A DNA stretch of 64,000 nt from Vicugna vicugna (Eukaryota), in NCBI GenBank assembly GCA_013265495.1, contig MU057809.1:436001-500000 (forward strand). Reading direction: 5' to 3'. Shown piece by piece: positions 49,860 to 61,310 of the stretch (positions are counted from its first letter, which is position 1; each line of letters begins with the position of its first letter). The notes under the pieces are model-generated. The model had not been told where the DNA came from, did not search any database, and saw only the letters and a list, made by a program, of their open reading frames with translations. The position numbers were made by a program, and so were the translations under genes.

Positions 49860-50290
49860 TCAATCGTATCAAGGTATAATTTACATGTGATAGAATGTGC
49901 CTGCTTTCAGCGCACGGTTCGATGTGTTCTGACAGCTCTACACTGGTGAAAAACACCCCCACAGTCAAGGTGGCGCTGCCCTCACCAGGCAGCATGGTGG
50001 CCACGGCCACGGGGGCCGCTGAGCCCTTGAGAGGTGGCTGGTCCCGGCGAGGTGCGCTGTGCTCGTGAAACACACACTGGGTCCCCAGGACTTAGTCCGG
50101 AAAAGAAATCCCACCAAGTAGCTCACTGGTGACTTCCTCAGTGGTTTCCTGTTGAACGGTGACTTTCTGAAGGTGAAGTAACACAACACATTATTGAAAC
50201 TGACGTCACCTGTCACCTTTGCTTTTTGAGTGCACCCACGAGAAAGTTTAAAATTACACCAGTGGCTCGCGAGAGGTCCTGGGGCAGCAC
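49860..50290 (-). mobile_element. Antisense L1ME end (49860-49975) followed by a MER33-like element (49975-50290)
   Basis: AAGGTATAATTTACAT...; ATGGTGGCCAC..GAGCCCTTGA..GTGGCT...AGGACTTAGT...AAAGTTTAAAATTACA..GTGGCTCGC. Confidence 0.65.
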
Positions 50291-51019
50291 AGAGTCCCCA
50301 TGCGCTGCAGGCCTCCCCCGTTGCTGCCGTCCAGTCCTGACTGTGCCCCTCGGAGCCCCAGATCCCCATCTGTGAAGTGGGGACATGGATGCTGCCGCCT
50401 GGGCTCATCGGGGGTGCCCCAAACATCAGAGGTGATACGTCTGCAGGGCTCCCAGCACGGGTGGGCCCCCCGCACCCTGGGAACCCAGCTGGGTCCCCTC
50501 CGTGGGTTCTTGGCACTGACCCTGCCGTCCAGCTCAACATCCTGGTAAGCTCCAGAAGGTTGGAGCTGCAGGCAGGGGGAACCCCCTGTTCTCATACTCC
50601 TCAGACTTTGGCTCGCGGGGGTTATTTGCAGGCAGGGCAAGAACAAGGTCCCCAGAAACTCTCCCACAGTGTCCGTCCAGTCTCTCCCCGGCACCTGCCT
50701 ACCCGCCTCAACCCCTGAGCCCAGCGGTCTCCCTGCCCGCTGGCCCGGCCGTGAGGATTCCGGCGTCAGGGAGCCCAGCCTTGCCAACACCCTCTTCCCT
50801 CGCTGTGGAGCCAGGCCCAGAGGGGCAACACCTCACCCCACTGTGGGGGCCCCACTATGCGCCAGGCCCCCACGTGGGCACTGGGGTGGGGCGTGGCACC
50901 AGACCGCCCCAGACAGACCCCGGTTTGCTAACAGCTTCTCCGAAGCAGAGCACCCTCCGGCGCAGAGGAAGTCAGAAGTGAGGCCCCGTCGGGGAGGGCC
51001 AGTGCTGACCACGGGTCGG

Positions 51020-51670
51020 GGCGTCTGAGCGTCAGTCCACCGCGACGGTGACGTTTTGTGGCCCACGGAGTAAGAAGTCCACCCGCCAATGCTGACGCAG
51101 AAGTAAACCCGGGAGGGAGAGCGCTTCCTTAGAGCACGACCCAAATGCATAAACAACACGGGATTCCGAGAAGTTACCTCCGGCGCCAGCTTAGAAACCA
51201 AGGTTCTAGTGAGAGTCGTGGTTGACGCCGAAGCGGCAGGTGACACGGGAAACAGTGTCTGCAAGGATCTGCCCACAGGCAGCCTCACCGGTGGCCGTTC
51301 CCGGCCGGCGCCTCCTGGCTCGCGGCTCGGGAAGGACGCGGCATCCCGGCGGCTCCTGCGCAGCTCACCCGGCCCGGGGGGGGGAAGGCGCACGGACCCG
51401 GCGGGGGGCGTCCTGCCGCCGCGTGCCTGGCCTTCCGAAATGTCGATTTCACGAGAGAGAGGCCGAGGGGCACACGTGGAGGGTCCTGCGCGTGCGGACG
51501 GGGCTCGGGACGGGCGAGGCGGAGGTGCCGCGAGGCACGCGGGGTGGCCAGCCGGGCGTGAGCGCGGCAGGAGGGCTGGAGCCTCGCCCCGCGGTGTGAG
51601 GGCGCCGGCACCGCGTGGGAGACACGCAGTCTCAGGCCCCGCTGAGCGCGAATCCGCATGTTCGTAATTT
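51020..51670 (+). mobile_element. CpG-island-like segment, probably an L1MC-like 3' UTR remodelled towards GC
   Basis: Very high CpG density; colinear motifs CTCCTG..GAAGGACGCGGCATC..GGACCC..GGGGCGTCCT..CTTCCGAAATGTCGATTTCACGAGAGA..AGGCCGAGG track the recalled L1MC4 3' UTR. Confidence 0.55.
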
Positions 51671-51823
51671 TCACCTTTGACGGCTTTGTCGAGGTGACGC
51701 CCATATTTGAAGGGTACGCGTAAGTCCTGACTAACGTGCACACCCGTGAAACCATCAGCACCGTCCAGCTAAGGAACGCATCCATCCCCCGCGCAGCTTC
51801 CGGCCGCCGCCCTGTAACCGCGC

Positions 51824-51945
51824 CCGTAACCCTAACCCCGCCTCCCGTAGCCCCGCCCCGTAGCCCTAACCCCGCCTCCCGGAACCCCGCCCCGTAACCC
51901 TAACCCCGCCTCCCGTAGCCCCGCCCCGTAGCCCCGCCCCGCCCT
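51824..51945. repeat. 34-bp minisatellite (3 copies plus partial) with telomere-like hexamers and GC boxes
   Basis: CCGTAACCCTAACCCCGCCTCCCGTAGCCCCGCC-type units start at 51824, 51858 and 51892, partial at 51926. Confidence 0.9.
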
Positions 51946-53808
51946 GCCGTGCGCGCTCCCCGAAGACCCCGTTGAGCGCTAACCTGTGTCGGTAGCTTAG
52001 TTTGCGTCGCCTACAATTTCACACAAACGGAATCGTGCAGTTTGTATGTGTTTGGGTCTGGCTTATTTCACCCGCGACAATAATTTGGGGGTCCCCCTAT
52101 GTGACTGCAGCTATCAGCTGCTCACCCCTTTTCGGGGCTGAGCGGTATTCCCCCGAACGGATCCGCCGCGGCCTGTTTCCGCGCTCACCGGGGATGGACA
52201 CCCGGGGTTCAGCTCTCACATCGCTGTTCCGAGCATCTGCGGACAGTCTTCGCCTGGACAGGCCTTCTTCTCCCTCTCGGGTAAATACCTAGGCGCACAA
52301 CGGCCGGGCTGTGAAACAGGCACGTGCTCTCCATTTTAGGGACTGCAGGCTGGCTTCCAAAGCAGCCGTAGCACTTTCCGCTCTGCCAGCCGTGTGCGAA
52401 AGGTCCGTCTCTTCCAGAGCCTCACCCACGCTTTCCAGGGTAAACCGCCTTACCCGCAGCCCCCCGAGGGGTGTGGGCCGGTGTCTCACCGCGCAGTTGC
52501 ATTTCCCTAGAGACCAGTAACGTGAGACATTTTTTTCCACACTTATTTTTATTATAGTTTTTTAAGTGGATGCCTGCTAGGTGCGATAGGCTTTTTTGGT
52601 TGCTGTTTTTCTTCGTTTGATTTTTGTTTTTGTTTGTTTTCCCTTAATGGAGGTGCTGGGGATTGAGTCCCTCGTGCACCAAGCGTGGGCGCTACCCCTG
52701 AGCTCTAGCCGCCACCCACACTGACGTGGGACATGTTTTCCTGGACTTGCTTGCCATCTGTGTGTCTTCTTTGGGGAAATGTCTATTGAATATTTTACCC
52801 ATTTTCGCATGTTTTCAGTGTTTTCTTGCTGAGTTTGAGGGTTCTTTATTCTGATTTGAGTCTTTTTTCAGCTGACCCTGCCGTGCGCGCTCCCCGAAGA
52901 CCCCGTTGAGCGCTAACCTGTGTCGGTAGCTTAGTTTGCGTCGCCTACAATTTCACACAAACGGAATCGTGCAGTTTGTATGTGTTTGGGTCTGGCTTAT
53001 TTCACCCGCGACAATAATTTGGGGGTCCCCCTATGTGACTGCAGCTATCAGCTGCTCACCCCTTTTCGGGGCTGAGCGGTATTCCCCCGAACGGATCCGC
53101 CGCGGCCTGTTTCCGCGCTCACCGGGGATGGACACCCGGGGTTCAGCTCTCACATCGCTGTTCCGAGCATCTGCGGACAGTCTTCGCCTGGACAGGCCTT
53201 CTTCTCCCTCTCGGGTAAATACCTAGGCGCACAACGGCCGGGCTGTGAAACAGGCACGTGCTCTCCATTTTAGGGACTGCAGGCTGGCTTCCAAAGCAGC
53301 CGTAGCACTTTCCGCTCTGCCAGCCGTGTGCGAAAGGTCCGTCTCTTCCAGAGCCTCACCCACGCTTTCCAGGGTAAACCGCCTTACCCGCAGCCCCCCG
53401 AGGGGTGTGGGCCGGTGTCTCACCGCGCAGTTGCATTTCCCTAGAGACCAGTAACGTGAGACATTTTTTTCCACACTTATTTTTATTATAGTTTTTTAAG
53501 TGGATGCCTGCTAGGTGCGATAGGCTTTTTTGGTTGCTGTTTTTCTTCGTTTGATTTTTGTTTTTGTTTGTTTTCCCTTAATGGAGGTGCTGGGGATTGA
53601 GTCCCTCGTGCACCAAGCGTGGGCGCTACCCCTGAGCTCTAGCCGCCACCCACACTGACGTGGGACATGTTTTCCTGGACTTGCTTGCCATCTGTGTGTC
53701 TTCTTTGGGGAAATGTCTATTGAATATTTTACCCATTTTCGCATGTTTTCAGTGTTTTCTTGCTGAGTTTGAGGGTTCTTTATTCTGATTTGAGTCTTTT
53801 TTCAGCTG
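51942..53808 (+). repeat. 933-bp tandem duplication (51942-52874 and 52876-53808)
   Basis: Four ORFs are repeated identically at offset 934; one extra A at 52875 lies between the copies. Confidence 0.97.
52537..52723 (-). mobile_element. Diverged camelid-type SINE inside L1 (second copy at 53471-53657)
   Basis: TAATGGAGGTGCTGGGGATTGA...GCTACCCCTGAGCT with a T-rich tail; flanked by a diverged TSD-like pair ACGTGAGACATTTTT / ACGTGGGACATGTTTT. Confidence 0.7.
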
Positions 53809-55138
53809 TATAGTTTGCAGGTACTCCTCCGAGCTTAGAGCTGGTCGTCTTGTCCTCTTCGTGCCTCTCGAAGGGCAGATGTTTTCATTTCCATAAAGTC
53901 CCATGTATCAATGCTTCATTTTATGGACCACGGTTTTCATGTCACATCTAAGAAATCCTTGCCACCTCCAGGTTACAAAGATCTTACCCTATATTTCCTT
54001 GTAGAAGTTTTACCATTTCAGTTTCCGTTTCAGCCCATGATCCATTTTGAACCTTTATACGTGGTGTGAGGTACGGACCCAAGATCTTTTGTGCGTGTCT
54101 AGCTGCTCCAGGACTGCTGAGAAAGACCGCCCTCCCTTCTGAGGAAAGTGTTGCCTTCACACTTTCCTCAGAAATCAGCCACCCATATACGTGTGTGTCC
54201 ACCTCTGGCCTCCGTTTTGTTCTGTTGATCTCTCTCCGTCCCTTGTGCCAGGCCCACACCGTGCTGATCACCGTCACCTTATAACGAGTCAGAACCAGGC
54301 AGCATCCGCCCTCCAAGCCTGCTCTTCCCTGTCCGAGCTATCCTGGCTGGTCGAGGTCCTTTGCATTTCCACATGAATTTTAGAATCAGCCTATCAGTTT
54401 CTCCAGAAAGCCTGCTGGGATTTGGTTTCAGATTGCCCCAAACTCCCTGGAGCCTGGGACCTCCGGTGTGGTCACCAGCCCCTGGCCTCACCAGTCATGT
54501 CTCGCTGGGCACAGGAGGGAGCAGTGGGGCGGGGAGGGGGGCTCGACACCCAGGTGCGAACCCTGGCTCTGTGCCCAGCTTGCAGGCGACCTGTCACTTC
54601 CTTTCTCCAAGCCTCCTCACTGGTGACCTGGGGACAGTGGCGCCTGAGTCCAGAACGGTTGAGGACTGAGGGTGAGGATGGTGGGTGAGAGGGACTTCCT
54701 GGCCAGGGTCTCTGAGCTGCCCCTGCGGCGGGCCCCGCAGGAAGGGTCCCTGTGCTGCCCTGTCCACTGGCACCATGCTGCCCCCAAACTGTCAGCAGCC
54801 TCACCTCTGCTTAGTGAAGACAGTGCTTATGAAGGACAACTTGTGGAGGGAGCTGGACTGTCTCCCAAAGTCCACCTGTGTCCTCCAGTGAAAATAAATA
54901 AAGCAAATAGGGCGCTTACTCCTGCCCGGGTGGCGAGGGCGGGCCGCTCTGTGGACGAGAACGCTTGCAGACCCGCTCCCAGCGACTCTGTGCACTGACT
55001 TGCCGTTCCTTTGTCCACACTCTGTGTCCAGGCCCTGCAGCCACTGGGGAGGCCCGTGGCCGCACAGCCCGCCCGGCCCTGGGGGCTCCTTCCCGTGAGG
55101 CCTAGCCGGGCAGACGGGAAGCCGAGTCCCGTGGTTCC

Positions 55139-55366
55139 CATGGTGCATTGCCCCTGGTTCCCCTCCTCCCCTGGTCCTCCGGTCCTCGGAGCCAGGCGGG
55201 ATCATCTCATTCTGCCAAAGGCCCAGAGAGGTGCAGGCATTCTCCTGAGGCTGCTCAGCCTGCGAGGGACAGCGCACCCAGGCCTCCTGGCCCCCCGCTG
55301 CCCCCACCCGGCCCACCTGCCCTGCTCACCTGCCCAGCACCTGCTTTCCCCCTCCTCAGCAGAGCC
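55139..55366 (-). repeat. Right arm of inverted duplication (partner 48549-48779)
   Basis: Reverse complement aligns to the left arm at ~92% by manual count. Confidence 0.95.
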
Positions 55367-55371
55367 ACCCC

Positions 55372-55495
55372 AGCTATTTACCATGGACTCACTTAAGTTG
55401 GTTAATTTTTAATAATGTTGAAATTTCCATGTGAATAATTCAGGTAAATTATTTATTAAAGTGCGGGATTAAGGGATCAGGAGAATTACCAGGGG
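55372..55495. promoter_or_regulatory. AT-rich enhancer-like island directly next to the right inverted arm
   Basis: TATTTAC, GTTAATTTTTAATAATG, TAATTCAGGTAAATTATTTATTAAAG and GGATTA. Confidence 0.55.
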
Positions 55496-56364
55496 ACAGT
55501 GCTACCTGCACGCGGTCAGGGCGGGCGGGGCAGGCATCACACACACCCTCACCTGCCTCACAGCCCAGGACGCTTTAACCATCAGCACCCGGGCTGCAGC
55601 CACACAGGGCAGTTTTGTGCTAGTGGCAGCGAAGGGGCTTTTGGGGACACGCAGCTGGTGCACGGGGCCTGGTAGCCTGGCGAACCTGGCTCCGTCTACG
55701 CAGCTGTGCGGGGATGCGGGGCCTCAATCCAGCCCCAGGGAGAGAGGGCGCTCACGTCCCTGGGCAGCTCTGAGCAGCCCTGCATCTGTGACGTGGGGGC
55801 GAGGCCCTGCTCACCGGGAGCAGCACGGATTCTGGGTCTCACTCTGCCGGGTTCTGTGTCCTGCGGGGGCACCGAAGGAGGGCTCCCGGGAGCGGGGAGC
55901 AGGGAGGGGGCGGGCTGGAGCCAGGCCGCAGGGCTTCCACCCGGATGCCTCTGCCTGCTGACCTGGCCCCCCCCCAGCCCCTGGGTGCCCAGCTGTAAAG
56001 CCAGGATAACACCGCCTCCCGCACTGCGTGGGGGCGGGGCTTACACGCGGTAAGGATCACAGAGTGCTGCAGGTCAGGAGCAACAACACTACAGAGCCAT
56101 GAAGAGAGTCCAGCTGGAGCCACGCCGCGGCCCTGGTCCACACCAACCTCTGGTAACAGGAGGGGACACGCCCACCAGGCCCACGGCAGGCGCTCCATTC
56201 ATGGTCGTCTGCCTACAGAGGGTCCTGGCCGGGGAGGGGGCCCAGATTCAGCCCGGGACCCAACCCCTGTCAGGGCAGGACCGGGGACCGCAGGCGGGGC
56301 TAGAAGCAGGGAGGCGCTCCTGGTGACCCAGCCCCAGAGATACTCAGCCCCCAGGCAGGGCCCA

Positions 56365-56900
56365 GCAGTTACAAATCATTATTAAAAGTAACAGTCGGTG
56401 GCCCAATCAACAAAATCAAGCACTTGAAGCTTTACATGTTTCATCATTAAAAGGGAGGCCCTGCCGGTGCCCCCAGTTAAAGTGATGGGAAACTGAGGCC
56501 CAGAGAGGGGAGGGACCTGCCTGAGGTCACACAGCTGGAAGGGGCCCACAGCCAGCGAGACGTGCTCACGGGATGCCCGGGGGGTGGGGACCCCAGAGCG
56601 GGGTTGACAGCCCTTCCCCCACTTTCCTGCTCCCACTCCACGGGTGGGGCCGTTGGGAGCCCCTGGCCAGGCCCCATTTAAAGATACATTCCTGTTAGAA
56701 CCCACCCTACGTGTCTGATTTAATCACAAAGTGCTGATTCCCACAAAGTGGGGCACGACCCGGGTCATTTCGTGGAAATGAATTTCCCAGGAAAGTGGAA
56801 ATTGTCACTTTATTATGGGATTAAAAACATTCAATCCATTTGAATAATAATGGAAAATAGGGGAAGTCCAGGTCCTTCCTCTCCTCTTGTTACGGAATTA
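56365..56900. promoter_or_regulatory. Bipartite putative enhancer split by a MIR (~56480-56540)
   Basis: AATCATTATTAAA, CACTTGA (NKX2-like), CATTAAA, TGATTTAATCA, TTGTCA, TTTATTATGGGATTA, ATCCATT; MIR core GATGGGAAACTGAGGCCCAGAGAGG..CCTGAGGTCACACAGCT. Confidence 0.55.
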
Positions 56901-57239
56901 GGATCCACCAGAGGGGCGGGAGGTTCCGGAAACAGTGTCTGTGGCCCCCAGGGCTCTTCTCACGGAGGGGGTGTTTCCAGAGGAAGGGGAGGCTCCCCTA
57001 TCCCGGCCTCCCGACCTCGACACTCTGCAGGGCCCTCGCCAACCCCGGTCACCTGTGTGGTTCCCAGCTCCTGCCTTCGCCCGGGCTGTCCCCGCCCTGG
57101 GTCCTCCTGGGAGCACCCCGCCCAGCTGCCAGGCGCTGGGACCACAATTCTGCATCACCCCACGGGATGCTCAACAGACACCCGCAGACGGGTCAGCACA
57201 TCGTGAACGAGAAGCCTGTGTCACACATGTGCGCGCTCT

Positions 57240-57415
57240 GCTGCGGTACAAAACACGTAACGCGAACCGTGTCCTAACCACGTTGCAGTGCACAGTTCAG
57301 GGGCGCTGAGCACGTTCACACTGTGAGCGCGCAGCCATCACCCTGTCCGTCTCCAAGCTCTCCATCTTCCCAAGCTGACACTCTGTCCCCTTTGAACACC
57401 TCCTCCCACTGCCCC
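57240..57415 (-). mobile_element. L1MB-like 3' end, antisense, CpG-enriched
   Basis: GCGGTACAAAACACGTAAC...AGTGCACAGTTCAG..AGCACGTTCACACTG..GCAGCCATCACC..CATCTTCCCAA.CTGA.ACTCTGTCCCC. Confidence 0.8.
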
Positions 57416-60400
57416 CTCTGTGTTGTACCTTCTCTATTGTGTGATTACGTCTGTATCATATTTCCTACATCACATGTTCCGTGACGTTATGCTGGTGGAC
57501 AGGGCCCCAGCCTGGAACCCAGAGATACAAGCACGGGGTCCCAGGACCCTGATTTTCATAAGCCCCTGAGAAAGACAGCCAGGCGGCTGGACCCCGAGGT
57601 GAAAACTCCTTGCTGGAGAGGAAAAGGAGGGGCCACCCCAGCTCCGAGGGTGCAGGATGGGGAGACCCCAGCAGGGCCACCGCGATCACTGAGAGGAGGC
57701 CAGGTGCCGCCCTGGGGACGGTGGCTGGACCGTCGGCCGGAGACATGTCTGCACCCAACACCCTGTCACCTCGGGTGCCCACATGAAGGTGGTAAAAGGG
57801 AGACAGCCGCTGCCTTTTCCTGCGCGTGAGACAGCCCAGCTGCCCCAGGGGCTGCCACCTGCACCCTGTGACCACCATGGCCAGCCCCCCGGACAGGGGC
57901 TGAGCGGTGCTCTTGTCGTGACAACAGGGGAGGAGGCGGCAGAGGGAAGTCAAGAGATGAGAAGGAGGACGAGTGAGGCCCCTGCTCTGCGGAGGGAGGG
58001 AGAGGCCAGCGTGTGGACAGGGGTCGGGATGAAGACGCGGGCTGGGGCCAGGTGGGGAGTGCCTCTTCCCCTGCAGAGGTGGGAGGTCATGCCGTCCTTG
58101 GGAAATGAGAGTGAGGGACTCAGGGGTGACCTCCTGCTGCGCCCGCCGTCCTCACTCCTTCCTGAGTGTCAGGGCTGTGCTGGCCCCGAGTTGGGGTGCG
58201 CCTCCCCCACGGGTGTTTCCCACGGACAGGAGCCCCCCGAGAGCCCTGTGGTTCCTGCCAAACTCCGGCGCTCTCCAGCTGGAGTGTTGGAGAGCTCTGC
58301 TCTGGGCCCGGTCTCTGTACCCAGAAGTGGGGCTGCTCGCCTCTCCCCCAGTAGGTCTCCCTCCCAGCTCTGACCACTCTCAAGGGCCAACTTGGGCCCC
58401 CACGTGGCCTGGCATTTACACACTGTCCCGGCCAGGCTGAGCGATGCCCACTGGCATGGCCCCAGCTGCCAGCCCACCTCCGGGCAAGACTTGGGGTCTC
58501 CAAGGTGGAAACACTGTCGCACCTTTTCCCTTCCAGGGCGAGCTGTCCGCCGTGGGCAGGTGGGAGGTGTCCTGCAGGGGACTGGGGGATCAGGTCCTTG
58601 TTGCTGGGGAGGGGGCGGGGGGACAGGGCTTCGCTTTTCGCAGGCGGGGCTCACAGGGCAACACTGTGGCTGAGGGCAGGCGGGGAGAGGGCGGGAGGGC
58701 TGAATCAAGGCCCAGAACCCCCGGGGGTACCTCGGGGACTTAGCTGGTCCCCTCTGGGATGGAGAGCAGACAGGCCTGGAGCTCAGGTCCCCGGGGGCCC
58801 CACTCCCGACCCTCCCCACGGCGCCGTGCCCTCGGCCCTCACCCATCTCCTCAGGGAGCCCTTCCCAGCTGCTCTTGGCTTGCTGCCCCCGCCCCAGCTC
58901 TGCTCACCTCTGCAGGACGGGCGGGGTGAATGAGCGCCCTCCGGCCCCCCAGCCTCCAAACCCCTCCTGGGGGCCCCTGGGAGGAGAGACGCCCGTCCCC
59001 GTGGGCACCTGTGTAACCAGCGCAGGCCCTCCCAGCCAAGGCCACTGGTTCACTGGTCTTTACATCCTGAGCCCAGAGCAGGGGCTGGAGACTGGACTGC
59101 ACCCCGGGCAGTGCTGCCTGGGCTCGGGGCCGCCCCGTCCTGCCACTCCGCGCCAGGGCCCCCGCCCCCAGCTGGCACCATGCCCTCTTAGAAGTTCTTT
59201 TTGGCTCCTGTTACCAGGGTCAGCTTTGGGGGACTTCAAACCAGCGACCACAAAGCGCACAATAGGGGCTGAGAGGAAGCACATGTATGTTCTGCATCAG
59301 GCCATGGGCCTTACTCATGTCAGAGGAACGTACTGAGCGCCTGCTGTATACCAGGGACCGCTGTAGGCCCTAGGGAGAGGGCGGCCCACAGGACAGACGG
59401 GCCTGGTCCCCAGCGCAGGCGTCCTCCCGGGACAGACCCACACGGAGCACATAGCCTGGAACAAACAAGGTAATTGGAAGCAGCAGAAACCGAGCACAGC
59501 CCCGCAGAGAACCCGGAGCTGCGGGCCGAGGCAGCCCAACCCTAAACCGCCCGCCGTGCCATTGTGCAGACCAGCTCTGTGGTCGGCGGGGCAGACGGCC
59601 GAGGGCACGACCCGCGCCTGCTCCACAGTGTCGGGGCCTGAGCCCGAGGCTGCCAGGAGCTGGGGTGACTTGGCGGCGGGCTGAGCCTCCTGTGGGTGCC
59701 CTCCCTCGCGTTCCTGGGGCCCCTCCCGGCCATCAGCCAGGACCCCTCCTCGTGACTGCTGGGCCGCAGGGGCCCAGACACTCTTCAGAGCCCTTCAGGG
59801 AGGGGGCTGGAGGAGGAAACTGGGCCCAGAGAGGTGACCCCACCTTCCAGGTTCACACGGCAAGATGTGGCCAGGTGAGGTCGTGGCACCGGACAAAGCC
59901 CCAAACATCTGAGTGACCCCGGGTCTGGCCCGACGGAGGTCGCTGGCCCCCAGGCCTGGTCTGGCAGAGGGCGAGGGGCCCCAGAGCCCCAGGAGACTCG
60001 GCTCTCCCCGGGGGAGCCTGGCTGGCCGGCTGTGAGGACAACCACAGGACAGCTCACACTCAGGTGCCGCTCTGAGCGCTGACCTGCCGGAAGCCGTCAG
60101 CCCCACCAAGAAACAGGTGCAGGGAGGTGAGTGACAGCCTGGTCTCCCTCTGAGGAGGGCTGTGCGGCGAGAAGATCTGGTCCGGGCACCCCAGCCCCTG
60201 AGCCGTGGGGAGATGCCACAGCATGGTCCCCGCTCAGCCAGGAGGCGCTCCTACCAGACCGGCGGGCGAGTTCCCTAAACCCAGCACTGCCATCAGCCAG
60301 GCTGCAAGCTTCGAGAAGCAGGGCGCCCCCAGGGGCCCCCAGGAGCATAAACAAGCTGGGGGGTTCCCGTGGGAGCCAACCCAGCCCCGGGCATCCACCC

Positions 60401-60789
60401 GCCCTCCTGGCTCAGAGCCATCCTGGGGCTGGAGCCAGGACACAACCCCTTCGCTGGGTCAGGATTCCATTCCCGGCTTCTGTTCCCCTTGTGTCCCAAG
60501 GGCCGGGATTTCCAGGGCCAGAGCCCCCGCTAGGTCCTGATGTGGGCCAGGCAAGTCCCCAGTGCCTTCCCCACAGGCCGGGACCCTTCATTCCAGCCCC
60601 GTTTCCCGCCTTTGCCGTGGGACCACCGTCTCTTTGTCCTGGGTTGTCCGTGGGAGCAAGACTGACGCCCAGGGGGTTGAGCCCCTTGACCGATGCTAAC
60701 CCAGAATGCCCGGCTCGGGGTGGAGCCACACCTGCTACACATTCTGCCCCCGACCCTGCCAAGGCCTGTGCGGACCCTCCCGAACACAC

Positions 60790-61310
60790 GTGGTGGGTTT
60801 TTATTAAACTTCCTTGTTAATTGCACAAGTAATGCGCGAATACATCTGGAGTGAGTTTTAAAACAAATCCCAGACACCGTATCATTTCACTCATAAATAC
60901 TTCAGTACACAAATGGGGCTTTACAATAATTTGCTGTAGAAATGATGTTGGTTTCTCTACGACCAACACAGCTCACGCTGACAGAGGCAGTGCGACAGGA
61001 AGGCCCACCCGGTGGGGCTGTGCCGGCGCCGAGCTCGCTGTGCGGCCTGGAGCATGCTCCTCGCCCCTCTCACCCAGCCCCGGGTTAGCGCTTCCCCAGT
61101 TCACAAAAACGTCTGTCCCAAGGGCCTCCTTGGACACTGCTACTGGGTGCAATTCTTCGCGGTTATAAACACCACGCTGAACATCTTTGTGCTGGAGACG
61201 ATGTGTGGTTTTTGGATCATTCTCCACAGAGAGGTTCCCAGACTCCAGATTCCACCATCAAAGTCCTTGTCCCCAAATTGCTTTCCAAGAAGACACAAAC
61301 ACTGTTGAAA
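60790..61310 (-). mobile_element. Old L1 (L1MC/L1ME) fragments, antisense
   Basis: TTTAAAACAAATCCCAGACAC..ATCATTTCAC..ATAAATACTTCAG; TATAAACA...GAACATCTTTGTGC...CCAAATTGCTTTCCA. Confidence 0.6.

Larger units (their letters stand above)
51668..54450 (-). mobile_element. L1MC/L1MD-like element, antisense, interrupted by a minisatellite, a SINE and a tandem duplication
   Basis: GCTTTGTCGAGGT..CATATTTGAAG..CACCCGTGAAACCATCA; AACGGAATCGTGCAG..GTCTGGCTT; GGGTAAATACCTAGG; TGCATTTCCCT; TTTGCATTTCCACATGAATTTTAGAATCAGC; ORF 53984(-) has YKVTVISTVWAWHK (ORF2-like). Confidence 0.85.

Noticed and set aside
51020..51670. CpG island as the promoter or first exon of a known gene
   Set aside because: No recognisable exon, and the sequence tracks L1 motifs; reported instead as a remodelled repeat, though not formally excluded.
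51824..51945. CRISPR-like array or true interstitial telomere
   Set aside because: Units are adjacent with no unique spacers, there are no cas genes, the context is eukaryotic, and only two telomeric hexamers occur per unit.
48549..55366. Inverted arms as terminal inverted repeats of a DNA transposon
   Set aside because: No TSD, no transposase, and the interior is ordinary genomic DNA with old repeats and enhancer-like islands.
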